Shown here: piece by piece, positions 1-8,430 of the stretch
Layout of the letters: the number at the start of each line of letters is the position of its first letter
Numbering within the stretch: position 1 is the first letter of the stretch
Origin: Rozella allomycis CSF55
Taxonomy: Eukaryota
DNA length: 64,000 nt
Assembly (NCBI GenBank): GCA_000442015.1
Contig: KE560907.1
Location: forward strand, 1 to 64,000
Reading direction: 5' to 3'
Notes under the pieces: generated by a model
The model's database searches: none
What the model saw: only the letters and a program-made list of their open reading frames with translations
What the model was told of the DNA's origin: nothing
Translations under genes and position numbers: made by a program

Positions 1-139
1 TTATCAACATTGTGGCTGAAGCACACGGTTTTGGAGTAGTCCCAGACTTGATAATTTTTAACAAAGGCACGTTGAGAAAAATCTATTTTTAACTGGTACT
101 ATAAAAAGCAAACGTTTCCTACCCCTCGTTTCAAAGAAG

Positions 140-1112
140 ATGAAATACGGATATTATCTTTTTGCCCTTTCACTTGCATCTTGTTTTCCTAGTCCTGAAA
201 GTGCTGTGCCTAATTGCGAAAACGGAAAATCTATTGTAACTTATCCTGACAAAACAACTGAATGTGTTCCGAACGATCAAAAAATTCCAAACTGTGCAGT
301 CCAGTTGAGATCCAAGCGTCAATGCGAGATATGCACTATTGATTCAAACCTTGTTAATGGAGAATGCATAAGCAAACTGAAAGGATGTTTGAAGATGAAA
401 AATCCAGGCATTAGTCGAATGTTTGGAGTGCGACGAAAAAGAAACGACAAAAGCTACCGATAATACTTGTGTTCCAAAAATTGAAGGCTGTCGTAAACAT
501 AAATCTGATGGTACTTGCGAAGATTGTGGTGATCGTTTTAGTTCAAAAGACAAAAGAAAGTGCTATGCAAAGCCTGAGAACTGCAAAGATAGTGATGTTG
601 AAGAACTTGAAAATAGCGTAATTTGCAAAAGCTGTGATAAAGACTATGTGCTTCAATATGATCGTAGCAAAGGATGTACAACGTATTGCGCATTGAATCA
701 CGCTGTTCTTCAAGGTACACACCAATGTATGCCAATCCCAGAAAATCTGAGACCCAAAATTGATGAATGCGCATCTTCAAATAGATATATTGCTTTTGAC
801 AAAAATGAAGGTAAATTGACTTGTTTGAATCGAGATAATCTTGGCCCCTACAATGTTTTGCTTATGAGAACACAAGACATTTCTGGACAGTTCATTATCG
901 AATGTGTGAGAGACGGAAAATCGGTGCGCTGTGAAGATCAGGTGCAATATAGTGACGGTAACGACTTTTTGAAAAAATACGAGATTTCGAAGAGTAAGGC
1001 TCTCCTGGCCAAGAGCATAGCAGAACAAAAGTATGTTGCGTGGGATGGTTCTTTGGTTGATAACGATAACAGAGCTGGTGCATTTATATTGTACATTTCT
1101 AAAAAGGCTTAA
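140..1112 (+). CDS. Secreted cysteine-rich repeat protein (CxxC, VSP/furin-like repeats), split over two frames
   Basis: Signal peptide MKYGYYLFALSLASC and repeated K-I-x-x-C...C-x-x-C units in ORFs 140-463 and 423-1112. The frames can be joined by a 1-nt frameshift or by a possible 28-nt intron at 387-414. Confidence 0.6.
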
Positions 1113-1225
1113 TCAAATAAACAATAATTTAAAATTGTAATATCAATGTACATTTAAAACTATTTAAACTCCATTATTTGTTATCTTGTTAATGTTTCAG
1201 CGATCAGCAATGTGGCTTGTTTACA

Positions 1226-4200
1226 ATGACCACCGACAAACCCGCATCGATGCATCTATGGCTGTCTTCCTCGCTAGACCAGCTTCTGCAGAGCAAAGAG
1301 TTGCGCAAGCAGCCATCTCTTAAAGAAAAATGCCAAAAGGCGTTTAACAGCCTGAAGCGTAAAAACCACTGTATCATTTAATAGAAATCCAGAAGAACCC
1401 TGACGAGTTATTTGGCGATAGTTTTCAGGTTATAATAGAGAGTCTAGTTGAGAGTTTGCGGCATGTGTTGCGGAATGCGAATGTGATGGGGTCAGTGATG
1501 GATTCGCTGCAAAAGATCATGTCGCATCCGCTGATGAGTGAGGAGTGGATGGTTGGGGAGGAGAAGGCGAGTGAGATGGTGTGTAGGGTTGTGTGTGAGA
1601 TTGCGGAGGAGGTTAGTGATGAGAAGTGTTTTGTGGATTTTATAAAGGTAGTGGAGTGATGATTTGAGTTGAGTAGGTAATGTTTTTGAAGGTGTTTGAA
1701 AGGTGTTGTTGGCGGTAGTGACTGCCAAGGAGGCGTTGATACACCAGGCGTCGTTGCTGATGGTTATGAAGACGATATATAATATGTATTTGGCGAGCAA
1801 GCAGAGTGGGCAGCAGACGATGTTGAAGGGAGCGTTGAATCAAATGATCAATGCGGTGTTTGAGAGGTTGGAGAAGAGTTTCCAGGTAGGATGGGTGAAT
1901 GGATGGCAATCAAGGAGAATAGAGAGTTGTATTTGGAGATATTGGAGATGAAGAGTAAAAGTGAGCAAGAAGAAGCAGTGGAGGGGCAACTAGAGAGTCC
2001 TAAAGTCGGCGAGCGAAAAATGAGTGAAGAAATTAAAAACGTTGATAGAAAGGATAGTGGGAATGAGAGTGAAAGGCGTGCTAATGAGAGAATTGAGAAT
2101 GACGCTACAAGGAAAGACAGTGGACATTCTCAGCATAAGAATCAAGTTGAAACAGAGAAGAAGGAAGTTGAGGAGGTTGAGGTGGTTGAACAAGTTAAAG
2201 ACGTTGAGGGTCACCAACCTACCGATAAAGGAGAAATCGACAATAATCAGACAGATGCTGATGTTAGTAAAGTGCTAGAGAGTGTGTTGGGGGTAAGAAA
2301 AGAAGAAGAGGAAGAAAAGAAGGATGATGTGGGCAAGTATGGAAAGTGTATAAGTAAATAGACTAAACTTTGTAAAAGAGTGTGTGGAAAAGCAGCGAAT
2401 TTCCATTGCAAAGACACGATGGTTCCTGTGTGTGGCAAAGAGTGTAAAATTGAGCATTTGAATAAACTTGAAGAAGAAAGACACAAGCAGGACAAGGTTG
2501 AGAATGAGAGTGAGAATAAGAAGAATAGGATAAAGTGTGAAATGTATTTAAGGGTAAAATAGATTGATGTTGTTTAAAGGATGGGGTTGCGGTGTTGAGA
2601 ACATTTTATAAACTAGCTTCGAAGCCAATAATAGATGCGCCAGCTCCGCCACCAATAGGGCAGGGGTGGGATTTTAGTAAATCGCCGAGTGTGAAGAGTA
2701 GAATACTTGGGTTGGAGTTGTTGTTGTTTGTGTTGAAGAAATATAGTGCTAGTAAGAGACAGAAGGATGATTGAAAGGTTTGATAGAGATTGAAGTGATC
2801 AAGAGGTTTATTGGCAAGGAGATGATGGAACTGATAATCAGCAGTTTGGTGAATTCAATACCGCTTGTTAATGAGATTGGGCTTGAGATGATAATAATGA
2901 TAATGCGGGAGTATAGGCGGGAGTATAAGAAGCAGATTGATGTAGTTGTGAATGAGGTGTTGTTGAATGTGATGCCAGTGAATTCGACAGTGCAGATGAA
3001 GTATTTGGAGGGGTTGATGGAGTTTGATTGTCGGATGATTGTGGAGTTGTATTTGAACTATGATTGTGATTCAGAGGCGATTGATAATCTGTTTGAGAAG
3101 ACGATTAATTGTATTTTGAAGTTGATACAGAATTCTGGGAGTGAGGAGATTAAGATTAGGGCTATTCAGGCGCAGGTTGAGATTATTAAAAAGTTGAGTG
3201 TTGAAATTGAAGATGTAGAAGGGGTGAAGATGGATGGGGTAAAGGTAGAAGGTGTGAAGATGGAGGGGGTGAAGGGTGGTGAGGTAGAGAAGAGAGTTGG
3301 AGAAGAGAAGAGAGTAGAGGGTGATAGTGACAAATCACTTGAATTGAAAGACTCACATACAGTTAGAGAATCCAATGATGACCAACCAACTCCACCATCT
3401 CAAACACTTCAAACTACTACTTCAACTACTAATTCACCAACTACTGCAGATCCATCAGTGGTGAAGATGAGAAAACAAATGATTCAAGAGGGAATAAGAT
3501 TGTTTAATTGGAAACTGAAAAAGGGGATGGAATATTTTTTTGAACACAAGATAATAGAAAGAAACAAGAAAGAGATTGCCAAATTTTTGTTGACAACCGA
3601 GGGATTATCTAAAGAGAACATTGGCGAGTATTTGGGACAGGGAGAAGCTGAGAATATAGAGATAATGCATTGTTTTGTAGAATTGATGAATTTCCATGGA
3701 CTAAAGTTTGTTGAAGCGTTGAGGAAATTTCTGCAGTCGTTTAGACTACCTGGGGAGGCACAAAAGATTGATAGATTCATGTTAAAGTTTGCGCAGCAGT
3801 ACACGTTGAATAATCCGAAAGAGTTTGCGAATGCAGATACCGCGTATGTGTTGGCGTATTCTGTGATAATGTTGAATACGGATTTGCATAATCCGCAGGT
3901 GAAGAATCGGATGAAGAGGGAGGATTTTATCAAGAACAATAGGGGGATTAATGATCATGCGAATTTGAAGGATGAGTATTTGATTGAAATATATAATGAT
4001 ATTTCTGTGAATGAAATTAAAATGAAGAGTGAAGAGTTGATTAATAAGAATGTGAAAGAGTTTGCGAGTGTGAAGAGGAGGAAAGATTCTGTTAGTAATT
4101 CTGAAGATGTAGCCAAGAAAGCCATTGAAGATTTATCAAAGGTAAGCATTGTAATAGGTGAGATGACACAGGTAAGTTGTAATAGTTGAAATGATTACAG

Positions 4201-7200
4201 GTAAATATTACTACTTTAAACTATTCAAAGGTAAATACTACTACTTCAACTCAATACAGGTAAACTCTACAACTTTAACTCAACAAGGTAAACTCTACAA
4301 ACTCTAATTCAAATTTTCTTGGTTATTCGTTTAATAATTATTCTAAAAATATATTCAATTCATGTTGGATGATTTTTTTGAGTTCTATTTCAGGACCAAT
4401 ACAAGAATATGATAAATTGATGATAATAGATTCATGTTTGGAGGGATTCTATTATTCAATAAAGATATGCAGTGTTTATGATTTAAAATATGAAAGAAAT
4501 GCATTTATTAATAGTTTATTAAAATTTACAACAATTCAAACTAAAAATCAAATAAATTTAAAGAATTTAAAAGCAATAAAAATTCTATTGGAAATTTCAG
4601 TAAAATTTGGTGATTATTTAGAATCAAATTGGATTGAAATTTTAAAATGTATTTCTTTGTTAGAAAAATTAGAGTAAATTTTAATTTTGTTTATTTCAAA
4701 GTGAAATTCAGCAATTTAGTTTGTTGATTGATAAAATATTTTCAAATTCACATAAATTGAATTCTAATGCTATTCTACAGTTTGTTAATGCTTTGTGTTC
4801 TGTTGCTATTGATGAGATTAATGTTAAGAGATTGTATTCTATTCAGAAATTAGTTGAAATCTCTTATTACAATATGAATAGAATTAGATTAGAGTGGTCA
4901 AACATTTGGAACATTATCAGCAACACTTTTACTCAAGTAATGAAAGGGTTGTTGAAATGATCATAGGTAGGAGATTGAAGTTGAAATGAGATTAGGTAAG
5001 ATATTTGGAGTTGTAATCATCATAGGTAATCTCGCTACTTGTCCCTTATTATAGGTCGCTTGTAATGTAAATTTGAATATCGCCAATTTCTCTATTGATT
5101 CTTTAAGACAATTAAGCTTTAAATTTCTTGAAAAAGAAGAAATGTCGCAATTCAAATTTCAAAAAGAATTTCTAAAACCATTTGAAGAAATATTCATTGA
5201 ATCTAATCTAGATATTAAAGATTTTGTCATTCGATGTTTACTTGTCATTATTCAAGGTATAATAGAATATAATATTTAATGAAAGGTATAATAGATTAAA
5301 TAAGTTAATGAAAGGTAAAATAGATTGTAGCATCTAATTCAAGGTAATCCACTTTAAAGTTTCTCAATGAAAGGTAAACTACTTTAAAGTTTCTCAATCA
5401 AAGGTAAACTACTTTAAACTACTTAATTAAAGGGAGGGGAAAAAATATAAAATCTGGTTGGAAAAGCATCTTTAACGTTCTATCGTTGGCTGCTCTAGAA
5501 ACAAATGAAAATATTTGTTTATTATCCTTTGATGCAGTCAAATACGTCTGCAAAGAAAGATTAAAAGATCTCGTCTTGAACAATTCATTCTCTGATCTCG
5601 TTCAATCTCTCGTTTCTTTTGCTAAAAACAAGAAATACCCAAAAATAAAGTATTCAATCTCTCTTCATCTTTTCTAGTTTACAAGCAGTTGAATTACTAA
5701 AGAGTGCCATCCCAAGAGTGGCAGAGTTGTGTAGATCAGAACACGAGAGAATAGAAAATGAAATTAATTCAAGCCAAAATGATCTCATCCTCAATTCTTA
5801 TCAAGATGAAGATCCTTCTGTCAGATTCTGGTTTCCAATCCATTTTGGTCTCTATGAAATTCTAATGGAAGGAGATCTGGAAGTTAGAACTCGAGCTTTA
5901 AACTATTTATTCGATTGTCTCAAAGATTACGGAAATTCTTATTCTCAAAGATTCTGGTCTGTCGTTTACAAAAAAGTATTCTCTCCATCCATCTAATTTA
6001 GGTTATTCTACTCATCTTTGTTGATTTAAACAAGAAATCGCCATTAACAACTGAATTCAAAACTGAATGGCAGAGCACAACTCTTGTCCAGGCTTTGCGC
6101 AATGTCATCAATCTATTCTCCTTCTTTTTCGACGATATCCACTTTCTCTTGTCTGATATTCTCTCTCTTCTCTCTCTATGCATCAACCAGGGTACATTAT
6201 CCGAAATTTCATAAATAGAAAATGAGACGTTGGCTAGGATTGGCACCAGTTGTTTGCAGCAGCTGGTCGAAAACAACTATAAGAAATTGGATGCGTCCAT
6301 GTGGCATTTGATTTGCGGGTGTATTGAAGAGCTGGTCGAGTCTACGATGCCTAGAGATTTGTTTCAGTTTGAAAGTAAACAAGGCGATCAAGTTGACGAA
6401 TCTGATATTGAAATAAAAGAACTAAAAGGTGTATTGTGTTTAAATAGTTTAGTTAGAAAGCTCTAGCGGAGAGTTGAATGCCATCGACCTGCCGATCGTT
6501 TCAACGGAAAAGAGGCAGCTGTTCCAATCAATTGTTATCAAGTGTATTCTGCAGCTGCTGATTCTAGAAACAATTAATGAAACGATTGTTGTCCACAAGA
6601 GTGTTTATTCGACAATGAACTGCGATCATATTGTGAGGGTTCTGGATTGCTTGAATAATTCGTATCAGACTGCTAAAGCGTTTAATATGAATATAAGGCT
6701 GAGGCTCAATTTGTTGTCTATTGGTATGGTTGCTGTGTGGGTGATAAAGGGTTTACGAAGCAGCTGCCGAATTTGTTGAAGCAGGAGACTACGAGCATTA
6801 CTGTTTATCTTTCTTTGATCAACAAGGTAACAAATAGTTTTTAGATTTGTTAATAGGTAACAAATAGTTTTTAAATTGATTATAGGTAATATTTAATTAT
6901 TTGGTCTATTTAAAAGGTAATATTTAATTCTTTAATCTATTTAAAAGGTAATATTTAATTCTTCTAAATAAAAGGTCTATTTCGATCAGTCAGGATACAA
7001 CAAGCCGCTCAAATCAGANGAATTAGTTTTTAGATTGATTATAGGTAATAAATAGTTTTAAAATTTGTTATAGGTAAAAATCATGTATTAAATTGATCAA
7101 AGGTAACATTTAACTATTTAGTCTATTTAAAAGGTAACACTTAATTATTTGGTCTATTTAAAAGGTCTATTTCGATCAGTCAGGATACAACAAGCCGCTC

Positions 7201-7494
7201 AAATCAGAAATAGAAAAACGATTCATTGATCTAACGCAAGACGTATTAACTCACTATTCAAAATTAGATCCTGAATACAAGCACAAAATTGCAGCAGCTT
7301 GGAAACCAGTCGTGTTAAAAGTCTTGTCAATCTTTAAAAATATCAACGACGACGCATTTGTGTTGTTTGTGCCGAGGTTATACGACTCGCTGGTCAGGCT
7401 GCTGGATCATGATCTGTCCATTGAAACTAGAGTAGAGCTAAAGTTTATCTTGCTGAGAATCGGCAATTTGTTTGGTATTGTCAATAAAAACTAA
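1226..7494 (+). CDS. SEC7: Large ARF guanine-nucleotide exchange factor (Sec7/BIG family), multi-exon
   Basis: HUS motif YLNYDCD, Sec7 domain FRLPGEAQKIDR and LAYSVIMLNTDLHN, HDS motifs SIQKLVEISYYNMNRIRLEW, IDSLRQL, NIKSGWK, ENETLARIGTSCLQQL, LPNLLKQET. Traced by hand from ATG 1226 through GT-AG introns. Confidence 0.96.
1648..1702 (+). other. Compound intron: 2 abutting GT-AG mini-introns (1648-1676, 1677-1702)
   Basis: Units of 29 and 26 nt. Removing both joins FIK to VLLAVV in frame; removing only the first leads to a stop. Confidence 0.8.
4142..4287 (+). other. Compound intron: 5 abutting GT-AG mini-introns (30, 29, 30, 29, 28 nt)
   Basis: Units start at 4142, 4172, 4201, 4231 and 4260, each gtaa...ag. 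Removal joins EDLSK to VNSTNS...CWMIFL, in frame with ORF 4369. Confidence 0.85.
4937..5054 (+). other. Compound intron: 4 abutting GT-AG mini-introns (30, 29, 30, 29 nt)
   Basis: Units start at 4937, 4967, 4996 and 5026. Removal gives conserved FTQ|VACNVNLNIANFSIDSLRQL. Confidence 0.87.
5257..5432 (+). other. Compound intron: 6 abutting GT-AG mini-introns (29, 29, 29, 30, 30, 29 nt)
   Basis: Units start at 5257, 5286, 5315, 5344, 5374 and 5404. Removal gives conserved IIQG|RGKNIKSGWK. Confidence 0.87.
6827..7164 (+). other. Compound intron of 5 mini-introns (6827-6974; 30, 29, 31, 31, 27 nt) plus a second haplotype version (7020-7164)
   Basis: Units start at 6827, 6857, 6886, 6917 and 6948, and the exon resumes GTCTATTTCGAT at 6975. 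After the N at 7019 a different unit series (7045, 7074, 7103, 7134) precedes the same exon at 7165. Confidence 0.82.
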
Positions 7495-7566
7495 ATCTAA
7501 TCCATTTATATATATTTGTTTGAATAATATTTTAGACTGACTTTATTCTATTTCTATATGAGTAAA

Positions 7567-8277
7567 CTATTCGCTTATAATCTCGGCATTGTCGTTCATA
7601 AATTGCTGCAAAAAATCAACAACCAGAGGCTCCTTTAAAGCACTCAGTTTATACTCTTGCAAAGTCTATCACATCAACAATTATCAATTACCAGCTGGTT
7701 GTCTCCATTCACATCGATATCCTCAAAAATTCTTTCCACAATTTCCTTGATCCTCTGGCTCTGATCCTCATTATAGAATGTAGAGTACTCTCAAAAAACC
7801 ATCAAAACATTACCATTGAATTCATAATCCTCTGCAGCTCCTTTTTCGTCAGAAACCCATCATGGTCAATATCATAAATCCTAAACGAAACTATCACCCA
7901 ACATCCATAAAAATTTACACTCGAGCTTCTCCTCTGGCGTCCCCTTGAGCAGAATATTCAGACCCTGCACAAACTCTTCCAGATCAATTGATTTATCATG
8001 ATTGACATCGAATGCATCAAACAGCCGCTCCAGGAACAGCGAGCCGGCGCTCCACTGCTGGAAGTATTTTTTGATCGTCTTTTTTGGGCGTTTAATCATG
8101 TTACATTCACAAACTGCTGTTTGGTGATCGTGTTGGATTCGCCCTGGCATGAACGCTCGAATTCGTTTCGCAGAGCAATGATCTCCGCTAGTGAGACTAT
8201 GCTGGTTGGGAGTGTGTCTTACAGTGTGTATGCGAGGCTAGCTCGCCCGCTTGGCGTTTGGAACTTGTGTTGCCCAT
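7567..8277 (-). CDS. Myristoylated EF-hand calcium sensor (NCS-1/frequenin/recoverin family)
   Basis: N-terminus MGNTSSK (MGxxxS motif), EF-hand FDAFDVNHDKSIDLEEFVQGL, GTPEEKL, and a further DVNGDNQL loop. Short introns. Confidence 0.85.
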
Positions 8278-8430
8278 ACCACTTGACAACAGGCATGACA
8301 TGAATTGGTGTTCAAGTAGAATACTAGAATACATAATTAATATATAAATATCAAGTGTTAATTAGCGAAAAAGTTTATGTTTTTTGTGATTTGTTTTGCT
8401 CAATTTCCAAATTTCACTCAGACACAAGCA

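Noticed and set aside
5257-5432. About 29-30 nt periodic repeats as a CRISPR array
   Set aside because: No constant repeat alternating with unique spacers, no cas genes, eukaryotic context. The units match intron size and ends.
1226-7494. Alternative genetic code or stop read-through explaining the fragmented ORFs
   Set aside because: The breaks traced are resolved by tiny GT-AG introns under the standard code.
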